A stretch of DNA of 64,000 bases from a virus (lineage: Duplodnaviria; Caudoviricetes). How positions within the stretch are numbered: position 1 is the stretch's first letter; every line of letters begins with the position of its first letter. Positions 52,318 through 60,255 of the stretch are shown here, one piece after another. The notes under the pieces were generated by a model that saw only the letters and a list, made by a program, of their open reading frames with translations, was not told where the DNA came from and searched no databases. The translations under genes and the position numbers were made by a program. The stretch is taken from IMG/VR virus record IMGVR_UViG_3300028888_000049; one strand, written 5' to 3'.

Positions 52318-52638
52318 ATGACATATTCACAAATAAAACAATTATGTTCAAACTTAAGTAATGTATTATGTGCATATTTAGATGTAGAATGGGGAACAAT
52401 TACATTAAATACTTGTGTTCAATCTGATAATAAGATTGAATATAGTTTTGCAATATGTGGATATGGTAAGTATAAAATTAGTAATCTGTTTAAAACTTTA
52501 GAAAAATTCTTAGTACAATTAAATATAAAACACCATGCACCACATATAATGTTAAAACAAAATTTATGTTTTGTTCCTATAGACGTAGATCAACTTGATA
52601 AACTTATCATGTATTTTTCAATAGAAGGTTTATTATGA
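52318..52638 (+). CDS. KIYG-helix family protein
   Basis: FLVQLNIKH...IDVDQLDKLIMYFSIEG. Confidence 0.7.
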   Translation: MTYSQIKQLCSNLSNVLCAYLDVEWGTITLNTCVQSDNKIEYSFAICGYGKYKISNLFKTLEKFLVQLNIKHHAPHIMLKQNLCFVPIDVDQLDKLIMYFSIEGLL

Positions 52639-52919
52639 GTAAAGATTATGATACTTATCTTGAAGAAATCACAAGATTGCAAGAACTTTTAAAAGAAACT
52701 TTAAAAGCTAGACATAGTATTTTCTTCCATAAAACAAGTATATTAGCTTTTGATGAAGATGTAGAACCTTTAAAGCAATTTCTAACAGACTTAGGAATAG
52801 AATATAAAGAAACACAGAATGTTAAGATATCAGATACAGAGAAAGCAATAACTCTTGCAATGAATGAAAAAGAATATGAAAAACTTGTAGCATACTTTAA
52901 AATAAATGGAACCTATTAA
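52635..52919 (+). CDS. KIYG-helix family protein
   Basis: FLTDLGIEY...MNEKEYEKLVAYFKING. Confidence 0.7.
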   Translation: MSKDYDTYLEEITRLQELLKETLKARHSIFFHKTSILAFDEDVEPLKQFLTDLGIEYKETQNVKISDTEKAITLAMNEKEYEKLVAYFKINGTY

Positions 52920-53002
52920 AAATTGCTTTACATTTGAATTTTGTTTGATATAATTATATTATATTTTTTGAATAACTTAATTCTAGTTAAAATAAAAGAG
53001 AT

Positions 53003-53150
53003 ACCTCCTTTCGAGGTCTTCTGGCATATAAGACCTAAGCGGTTATGATGCGTTACTAGAGCGTTAAAACAAATCTCACTTCTAAAATATTTTTTATCCG
53101 CAGACCAATTATTTTAGAAGATACGTAGTCAATCATAGCAATATGCCAAT
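53003..53150 (+). ncRNA. Structured RNA candidate in 5' leader
   Basis: Nested stems tggcatat/atatgcca, gttatgat/atcatagc, cttctaaaata/tattttagaag; aggtctt/aagacct alternative or pseudoknot; promoter at 52926. Confidence 0.55.
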
Positions 53151-53175
53151 ACTTTTTTAACGAAGGAGAGTATGT

Positions 53176-53523
53176 ATGAAATTTTATTTTGAGGGTAATT
53201 ATCATAACAAAGTATATTATAACAATGAGTTGTATTCAAATAAAGATAATGGCCTTAAAGAAAAATTAAATGATTTATTCAAATGCTCTTATTTCAAATT
53301 TTTACTTTCAAATACATGTAATTATTCTATAACAATAGATAATAAACAATATTGTTTTATGTCTTATTTTATAGCATCAACGGCATATACAGCAACTTTA
53401 ATAGAAGAAAAACTTAAAGAAATTGGAATTGAATATTTTAAAACAGTTAATAATGAAATTTATTTAGATGAAAAACAATCAGAAAAGCTTTATATGTTTT
53501 TAGTTATTAATAAAATTATATAG
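53176..53523 (+). CDS. KIYG-helix family protein
   Basis: KLKEIGIEY...LDEKQSEKLYMFLVIN. Confidence 0.7.
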   Translation: MKFYFEGNYHNKVYYNNELYSNKDNGLKEKLNDLFKCSYFKFLLSNTCNYSITIDNKQYCFMSYFIASTAYTATLIEEKLKEIGIEYFKTVNNEIYLDEKQSEKLYMFLVINKII

Positions 53524-53532
53524 GAAAATATT

Positions 53533-53811
53533 ATGCTTAAATATAATCTTATACCAAAAATTCATACTGCAACAAAATTAATAAGTAGATGTATGAAGAT
53601 AAACCAAAATCATTTATTATTGTTTTCAGCAAGAGAATTAGGTTATATTACTATTAGATCTCTTTCTAAAATAGATATTATTTATATGAAGGATAAGTTT
53701 GAAGAAAAATATAACTTTAAAACAATTATAAAAGATGATTATAGTTTAATTATAAAAATTGAAGATATAAATAATCTATTTGCACTTTATAAAATAGAAG
53801 GATGGATTTAA
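53533..53811 (+). CDS. KIYG-helix family protein
   Basis: IKIEDINNLFALYKIEG. Confidence 0.7.
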   Translation: MLKYNLIPKIHTATKLISRCMKINQNHLLLFSARELGYITIRSLSKIDIIYMKDKFEEKYNFKTIIKDDYSLIIKIEDINNLFALYKIEGWI

Positions 53812-54125
53812 TGTCAGAATCAGATAATATAACACAAAATGATATGGAATTTGTAGATTTTAACAGATTTGCATTTATGTCTTATTGTATACATTCATTA
53901 AAAATCAGACATTGTTATACTACTTGCAAAAAGACTATGTTTGGAATAATCATTAAATTTTGTGATTTGAATATCTGTAAAATTTTTTTAGAATGGTTAG
54001 AAACTCATTATGGAATAGCCAAAGAGTATAAAAGTAAACCGAATAATTATAATAATGAAAAATATTCAGTTGAATTATCAAAACAAGATATAGAAAGAAT
54101 GAAATTTATTAAAGCTATTTATTAA
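53811..54125 (+). CDS. KIYG-helix family protein
   Basis: WLETHYGI...LSKQDIERMKFIKAIY. Confidence 0.65.
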   Translation: MSESDNITQNDMEFVDFNRFAFMSYCIHSLKIRHCYTTCKKTMFGIIIKFCDLNICKIFLEWLETHYGIAKEYKSKPNNYNNEKYSVELSKQDIERMKFIKAIY

Positions 54126-55437
54126 CCTTCTTTCCAATATCTTTATATTTAGAAACTAATTCTCTCTGTCTATTAATTTGTTTTTGAGTCTGTGCAAATC
54201 CCATATACTTACATAAGTGATCATTTTTAAGTATAGTAATGGCCATACGTTTCCAAGATGGTAATTCGGCTGTATGCATAATATCATCTGTACAATCTGG
54301 AGTACCTAAGAATATAACTTGTTGTTTCGGAGATATCTTATTAATTCTACCTAGATTACGTATTTTATATCCATGTTCTTCAAGTTCTTTAATTGTTTCA
54401 TCATCTAAGCATCCACCTTTCTTCCACCAAAATCTAATAGATACTTTAAACTTTTCAATATAGTTCTCTCTAATTGCATCAGGTAAAGTAGCAAGTAAAA
54501 ACTTAACGTAAGATCTCCAAGTATGTCCTTTTGGTAATGTAATACTTTTTGCACCTAATGCTTTTGTATCGCCATAAATCGCACCAAAATTAGCACCTTG
54601 TACACGTGATACTACTTTAATCCATGTCTGTGGCTCAATAACTCTATAAAGATTAAGACTTCCTTTTGCATACTCTTGATATGGACTAGCTACACGCATT
54701 TGATAAATACTTAATCCAGCTTTATAAAAAAGGTCATATAACTTATTATAAGGATAACCTTCTCTTGCATTAGCTATCCAAATATCTTCAGCACTCCAAT
54801 CATATATAGGATAACCGTGACAATAGTTTTCACCCTTCTTTGTAGTCCATTTATTATCACCAAAAGTTAATTTCTTTTGATTATTAACAGCTCTAAAACG
54901 ATTTAATGATTCATCAGTACGAATACCTAATAAACAAATAGTCTTACCAGGATGTGTTTTTGCATACCAATCTTCAAATCCTGCATAAAAATCTTCCTGA
55001 GACATTTTATATTCATAAAAATCAAATGGATGATTATATTGATTAATAACCCAAGGATAATTTGGCATAGGTCTAACCCACTGATCTTTTTTCTGATCAT
55101 CCCAAGGATACCAATACATTTGATAATTACTAACAGCACATCTTGATCCCATAGGAACACAACACCAATATGGTTCTATATCGTCAAGATTTTCAACAAA
55201 CATCTTTTCTACATACTTAGAAGTCTCTTCATATTGAGATTCGAAGTCTTGATGAAATACACCTATTTTCTTAGTAATACCATGTTTACGTTTATAGTCA
55301 AGAATAAGATTTAAAACCATTCCACTATCTTTACCACCAGAAAATGAAACGTATATATTATCAAAAGTATCAAATATATACTTAATACGTTCCTGTGTAG
55401 CATCCCAAACATTCTTACCAATATATCTCTTAGCCAT
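54115..55437 (-). CDS. ibrA: IbrA/YbdN-like PAPS-reductase family protein (DUF3440)
   Basis: VSFSGGKDSG PP-loop, GIRTDESLNR, PIYDW, MRVASP, LPKGHTW, PSWKRMAITILKND. Confidence 0.88.
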   Translation of the reverse strand: MAKRYIGKNVWDATQERIKYIFDTFDNIYVSFSGGKDSGMVLNLILDYKRKHGITKKIGVFHQDFESQYEETSKYVEKMFVENLDDIEPYWCCVPMGSRCAVSNYQMYWYPWDDQKKDQWVRPMPNYPWVINQYNHPFDFYEYKMSQEDFYAGFEDWYAKTHPGKTICLLGIRTDESLNRFRAVNNQKKLTFGDNKWTTKKGENYCHGYPIYDWSAEDIWIANAREGYPYNKLYDLFYKAGLSIYQMRVASPYQEYAKGSLNLYRVIEPQTWIKVVSRVQGANFGAIYGDTKALGAKSITLPKGHTWRSYVKFLLATLPDAIRENYIEKFKVSIRFWWKKGGCLDDETIKELEEHGYKIRNLGRINKISPKQQVIFLGTPDCTDDIMHTAELPSWKRMAITILKNDHLCKYMGFAQTQKQINRQRELVSKYKDIGKKVNK

Positions 55438-55456
55438 AAATCTTATTCCTAAATCA

Positions 55457-55627
55457 TTATTGCAAAAAAGTACTAAAACTTATTCCCAAAGTAAAACCAC
55501 ATAATATAAAAATTATTACATATAAATTAAGATAATCACGTATATCTGCATTAATATGTTTTAAATATAAACTTATCATTAACGCAATCAAAGCTGACAT
55601 AAATCCAATCGTATTTAATAAAGTCAT
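55457..55627 (-). CDS. Small two-TM membrane protein
   Basis: Two hydrophobic helices; between ibrB and ibrA. Confidence 0.5.
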   Translation of the reverse strand: MTLLNTIGFMSALIALMISLYLKHINADIRDYLNLYVIIFILCGFTLGISFSTFLQ

Positions 55628-55629
55628 TT

Positions 55630-56157
55630 TTAATCTACTTCCCAAGCTTCACTAAAATCTTTTTCTTTAAATAATGATGCTAAACCTGTAATTTGCTTTA
55701 ATCGCAATACTTCATCAGGACTCATACCAATATTTTTACAAATCCATGCATCACTCTTACCCATTTCAACTAACTCAGCAATAATATTACTCATTAAATC
55801 AACATTATGACTACCGCGTGCTCTATTATGACGAATAGTTGAAGCCATACGTTCTCCCAATTCTTTATCAATAGTAACTACCGGTAATAATCCATGCTCT
55901 CTCTCATAAATACGCTTACTAGTCTTCATTGTAGTATAACGGTGAAAACCATCTACAATAACATAACGGTCATTTTCTTTATCATAATAACATACAACTG
56001 GTTGTGTATATCCATCTTCCCATATACTTGTCTCTAATAACGCCATCTCAGGAGGAGCAACTTTATTAGGATTATATTCATTAGCATAAACTTTATCTAA
56101 AGGGACTGCTCTTACATTATATACAGGACTAAGAAATTTTTCATTTTCTTCAGACAT
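55630..56157 (-). CDS. ibrB: IbrB/YbdM-like ParB/Srx domain protein
   Basis: SPVYNV, ANEYNPNKVAPPEM, VDGFHR, ASTIRHNRARG, LRLKQITGLA; AGGAG RBS. Confidence 0.9.
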   Translation of the reverse strand: MSEENEKFLSPVYNVRAVPLDKVYANEYNPNKVAPPEMALLETSIWEDGYTQPVVCYYDKENDRYVIVDGFHRYTTMKTSKRIYEREHGLLPVVTIDKELGERMASTIRHNRARGSHNVDLMSNIIAELVEMGKSDAWICKNIGMSPDEVLRLKQITGLASLFKEKDFSEAWEVD

Positions 56158-56294
56158 AACAACTCCTTTTATCAATTAAACTTTAAATATATTATATATA
56201 AAGAACTGCTAAAGTAAAACAAAAAACATAAAGATTTTAAAGAATTTTTGACTTTACAAAATACATCATACAAAATATTATATATAAAAAGGAG

Positions 56295-56591
56295 ATGTTA
56301 ATGTACAATATTAAAAAATTCTATAGTATAGTCAATGAAGAATATGATATTGTTAAAATACAAATCTTTGTTGACAATATTAATGATGAAGGATATTGTA
56401 AAATACATGTTCTTAATAAACTAAATCCTGTAACTAGAATAACTAGTATTATGTCATTTATGGATTTGTTGAATAAACTTGAAATTAAAGATTATTCATG
56501 CAGTGTAGAGTCTAGTTTATCTCTACAAATAGATATAGATTCAGAAGAAGCAGAAAAATTATTTTTATATTTGAGGGTTTATTATGACTAA
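56295..56591 (+). CDS. KIYG-helix family protein
   Basis: LLNKLEIKDY...IDSEEAEKLFLYLRVY. Confidence 0.7.
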   Translation: MLMYNIKKFYSIVNEEYDIVKIQIFVDNINDEGYCKIHVLNKLNPVTRITSIMSFMDLLNKLEIKDYSCSVESSLSLQIDIDSEEAEKLFLYLRVYYD

Positions 56592-56889
56592 TTTAACAGA
56601 CATACTGACAGAGGTAGATAAAAAGTCATTTAATGAAGAATGGTTATCTATAAACAATATAACTAATATTTTTATTGTAGCTTCATATAATGTAGAAAAT
56701 GTTAATGCAATTTTAGCAGAATTAGAAATAAAACCTATTTTTATAGATGAAAATATAAAAGATCATTTAATTTATAATGAAGTAACTATACATATGATTA
56801 CATTTATATTCAATAGGATTTTATATAGCTTTTCAGAAGAAGACGCAGAAAAAATTAGAATGCTAATGAGGATATATGATAATGAATAA
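56584..56889 (+). CDS. KIYG-helix family protein (tandem duplicate A)
   Basis: ILAELEIKP...FSEEDAEKIRMLMRIY. Confidence 0.7.
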   Translation: MTNLTDILTEVDKKSFNEEWLSINNITNIFIVASYNVENVNAILAELEIKPIFIDENIKDHLIYNEVTIHMITFIFNRILYSFSEEDAEKIRMLMRIYDNE

Positions 56890-57214
56890 CAATGCTGTAA
56901 TACATATGGACGGTAATTTAGCGGGTATGCTTCTAGAATTAAAAACGGAAATATTTAATCAAGAATGGTTATTTACTAATAATATAACTAACACTTTTGC
57001 TATAGCACCGTATAATGTAGAAACTGTCAATATGATTTTAACAGAATTAGAAATAAAACCCATTCTTATAGAAAAAAAGCCAGTAGATCATTTAATTTCT
57101 ACAACATTCTCTATACTTTTAACTACATTTCTATTTGGAAAGATTTTATATAGTTTTTCAGAAGAAGATGTAGAAAAACTTAGAATAATAATGAGGATAT
57201 ACAGCAATGAATAA
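56882..57214 (+). CDS. KIYG-helix family protein (tandem duplicate B)
   Basis: ILTELEIKP...FSEEDVEKLRIIMRIY. Confidence 0.7.
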   Translation: MNNNAVIHMDGNLAGMLLELKTEIFNQEWLFTNNITNTFAIAPYNVETVNMILTELEIKPILIEKKPVDHLISTTFSILLTTFLFGKILYSFSEEDVEKLRIIMRIYSNE

Positions 57215-57542
57215 TAATTGTGTAATACATATTAGCAGTAATCAAATAATACAAGGACAAAAACATTTTACAATACCTAGAAAAGTTGAAGTATATGAGA
57301 TATATTCTTATAGAATAACTATGAAAAAACCAGTATTTAAAACAAATGATTCTACAGATACTTTTGCAGATTGCTTTATACAAATAGCAGGTGATGAAAC
57401 TTTTCAAAAAATATGTCAAGATCTAAATATTCAATGGACAAAAAAAGCAATAAAATCTTACGCTACATTCTATAACTTTGATAAAGAAGATTACGAAAAA
57501 CTATACTTCTATATTAAAATCATCGGAGAACATATAGTATGA
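57207..57542 (+). CDS. KIYG-helix family protein
   Basis: ICQDLNIQW...FDKEDYEKLYFYIKIIG. Confidence 0.7.
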   Translation: MNNNCVIHISSNQIIQGQKHFTIPRKVEVYEIYSYRITMKKPVFKTNDSTDTFADCFIQIAGDETFQKICQDLNIQWTKKAIKSYATFYNFDKEDYEKLYFYIKIIGEHIV

Positions 57543-57862
57543 ATCAACTAAATTCAAAAGAAATAGATCCAATACGAATACTAAGAAATACACCAAGATT
57601 TACTAGATTTATACAGGATATACTAGGATTAAAATGTGAAGACAAAAATATATCAGACGATGCATTTATTATGAATGAAGGTTATAGACCAAAAGTATTA
57701 CATGCGCTTTTACAACTCGATATAACTCCAATCTTTATTGACAGACTTGATAATATATTCACAAATAAGTATTTAGAAGAAAGAGTATCGGCTTTTACTA
57801 TTATAGATATAACTGAAGAAGATCATAAAAAACTAAAACTACTTCTCAAAATTTATAAATAA
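57539..57862 (+). CDS. KIYG-helix family protein
   Basis: LLQLDITP...ITEEDHKKLKLLLKIY. Confidence 0.7.
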   Translation: MNQLNSKEIDPIRILRNTPRFTRFIQDILGLKCEDKNISDDAFIMNEGYRPKVLHALLQLDITPIFIDRLDNIFTNKYLEERVSAFTIIDITEEDHKKLKLLLKIYK

Positions 57863-57865
57863 AAA

Positions 57866-57901
57866 TATTCCCTCTATAACTTTTACATTACAAAGGGAAT
57901 A
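57866..57901. terminator. Terminator between convergent genes
   Basis: tattccct...agggaata inverted repeat. Confidence 0.55.
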
Positions 57902-57956
57902 GTTACTAAATGAAAGAAATAACTTATAACATAATAATATGACGGGCAAATAAAAC

Positions 57957-59918
57957 CTACAATGTAATATCATACAACTGATTTACAAACTTTTTACCAT
58001 TCTTTTCACTAATCAAAATATAACAACCCAATTTACTCTCATCTAACTCCTTCAACTGAGCTGTATCTAATACCTTAACAAATTTTGAACAACTATTATA
58101 AACATACACAATCTCATGCTCTTTATCAGCTTTCTTATAACCAACCTTCTCTAAAGCTTCTAAATTAACTCTCTGCTTATCTACTAAATATACTAACTTT
58201 TTACCAGCATAAATACTGCCTAAATACTTTTGAATATAACTAAACCACTCATAAGTACCAAATACATAATACAAATTAGCTTGATTAACTAACTTAACAT
58301 TACCATCAGCTAATACAAAATAACTAAACACACCTACCAATTCATCTTTACGATAACATCCAATGAACTGTAACTGTGGATTAATCTCACTTGTAACAAT
58401 ATCAGCCTCAGAACTTAACTGCCTTAAAAACTCTAACGCTACAGCCTCTTTAATACTATCAAAACGTAACTTGTCATAAGACACCTTCACTGGAGCACTA
58501 CACTTCCAATTCAGCTTAAACGCCAAACTATCCCAAGGCATTTCCAAAAGTTTAAACATACATCTATCTCCTTTTTTATCAAAACTATATAATACGTTAT
58601 CACAAACTTTTCCATTTGTAAAGCGAAAAACATTATTTGTTGAAAATTTTCTTATTTTACTTCTATCTAAATTTCTAGCTCTGAACATACTACATAGAGT
58701 TGGTATAGTAGTATTATATTTGTGTGCTAATTCAGCCCATGATAATACTTTTGAGTCTTCTAATATATTATCAAATTGAATACTTAAATAATAAGTACTT
58801 TTTCTACCTATTACCCAACCTTCTCCAGGATATTCATATACTAGTTGATCTGTTTTGCCATCAGTATACCAAGTTCTACCTTTCTTTGCTTTTGCTAAAG
58901 CTTGTTTATGTTCTTCTGTAAATTTTAAATGAGGTGAATGCTGTGTCATACCTTTACTAAAACCTTCAGGAGGAACTACATCTGGTTTAATAAAGATATT
59001 AACTTCATCATTAGTATACCAAATTTTTCCAGAAATTATACTTGCTATCTTTTCTTTAAACTCTTTAGTCTGTGTAAAAGCATAAGTTTCTGGATTATAA
59101 TTTTCTTTTTTAGCTTTTGAAATCTTCTCTCCAACAGTTAATCTAGATTGTTTATACTTTTCAGAATTTTTTATTAATTCACCGTGTAATTTACACTTTT
59201 CTTCTGTCCAATACTTATGTCTATCATATTTATAATCAAGACCACGCGTTCTTAATGTATTCTGATAAGGATTAATAGATAAATTATATCCACCATGATC
59301 TATTCCAGCATTTTCAGACTTTATTAATTCATATTCTTTATTAAATAACTTTTCTTCACTATAACACCAACAAAGTATTTCTCTTTTAAACTTTTCTTTA
59401 CCATATAACTCTAAATCTTTCCAATAATCATCATTTTGAGAAGAAGACCAATAATCTTCATTAAAATACGGTAATTGACATTGACCAACATAACTTCTAT
59501 TATTCTCAAGGCATGTTATCTTATAAATATAACCAAACGGTAAATAATCTCTCACTAATACATCACTATCTTCAAAGAAATCACAATACTCTATATATTC
59601 TTTTTTATATGTCAAAAACGGACAAACTATCTTAATATTATTAGCTTTTAAAATCTCATTACATACACGCTTTATACCAACTCTTCCTTTACTGTCAATA
59701 AACGCCTTCTGATAAATCCACTTCCAATACGGTTCTTCACCTTCAACTAATATTACAGCATCTAACCTAACAATCTCATTTTCTATATCTTTTCCAGCTT
59801 TATATGACATAATAATAAGAGGATTACTATAACTTTTCAATAAACAAATGTCATCACCACTTATATACTTAACTATTTCTTCTAACTCAACTACTTTAGC
59901 ATATGTACTATATTTCAT
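57957..59918 (-). CDS. Composite homing endonuclease: Seg-like GIY-YIG + NUMOD-type repeats within a degenerate Hef-like protein
   Basis: GYIYKITCLENNRSYVGQ, GYNL, HKQALAKAKKG, two WYTxx repeats; C-term GCYRKDELVGVFSY...LEKVGYK. Confidence 0.65.
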   Translation of the reverse strand: MKYSTYAKVVELEEIVKYISGDDICLLKSYSNPLIIMSYKAGKDIENEIVRLDAVILVEGEEPYWKWIYQKAFIDSKGRVGIKRVCNEILKANNIKIVCPFLTYKKEYIEYCDFFEDSDVLVRDYLPFGYIYKITCLENNRSYVGQCQLPYFNEDYWSSSQNDDYWKDLELYGKEKFKREILCWCYSEEKLFNKEYELIKSENAGIDHGGYNLSINPYQNTLRTRGLDYKYDRHKYWTEEKCKLHGELIKNSEKYKQSRLTVGEKISKAKKENYNPETYAFTQTKEFKEKIASIISGKIWYTNDEVNIFIKPDVVPPEGFSKGMTQHSPHLKFTEEHKQALAKAKKGRTWYTDGKTDQLVYEYPGEGWVIGRKSTYYLSIQFDNILEDSKVLSWAELAHKYNTTIPTLCSMFRARNLDRSKIRKFSTNNVFRFTNGKVCDNVLYSFDKKGDRCMFKLLEMPWDSLAFKLNWKCSAPVKVSYDKLRFDSIKEAVALEFLRQLSSEADIVTSEINPQLQFIGCYRKDELVGVFSYFVLADGNVKLVNQANLYYVFGTYEWFSYIQKYLGSIYAGKKLVYLVDKQRVNLEALEKVGYKKADKEHEIVYVYNSCSKFVKVLDTAQLKELDESKLGCYILISEKNGKKFVNQLYDITL

Positions 59919-60188
59919 TTTCTAACTCCTTTTTATACAAACTAATATACTATATAGAATTATATTTGTACATAACTTTTCAAAATTATTTTTCCAAAGC
60001 TAACTTGCCCTTATATTGATTGAATAGATACCTCTCATAACTTTTCAAATTAGGTGACTCACTTACTTATTATAATGAGTTTCAGGTTTTAGTGGAGTGA
60101 ATGAAGATGTCACTTCACTCTGACCTTTGTATTTAACTGACTAAAAGATTTGATTATTAACAAATTAAAGGATACTTTGCAATAATAT

Positions 60189-60220
60189 AAAAAAGAACTC
60201 CTAGATATTTCTAGGAGTCC
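60189..60220 (-). terminator. Terminator of major capsid gene
   Basis: Minus strand ggactcctag-aaatat-ctaggagttc-tttttt. Confidence 0.8.
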
Positions 60221-60255
60221 TCGAATATAATAATAGTACGTTACTAAGCTCAAAA

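Noticed and set aside
36502-57214. Diversity-generating retroelement explaining paralog variation
   Set aside because: No reverse transcriptase or template repeat seen; differences are not adenine-specific
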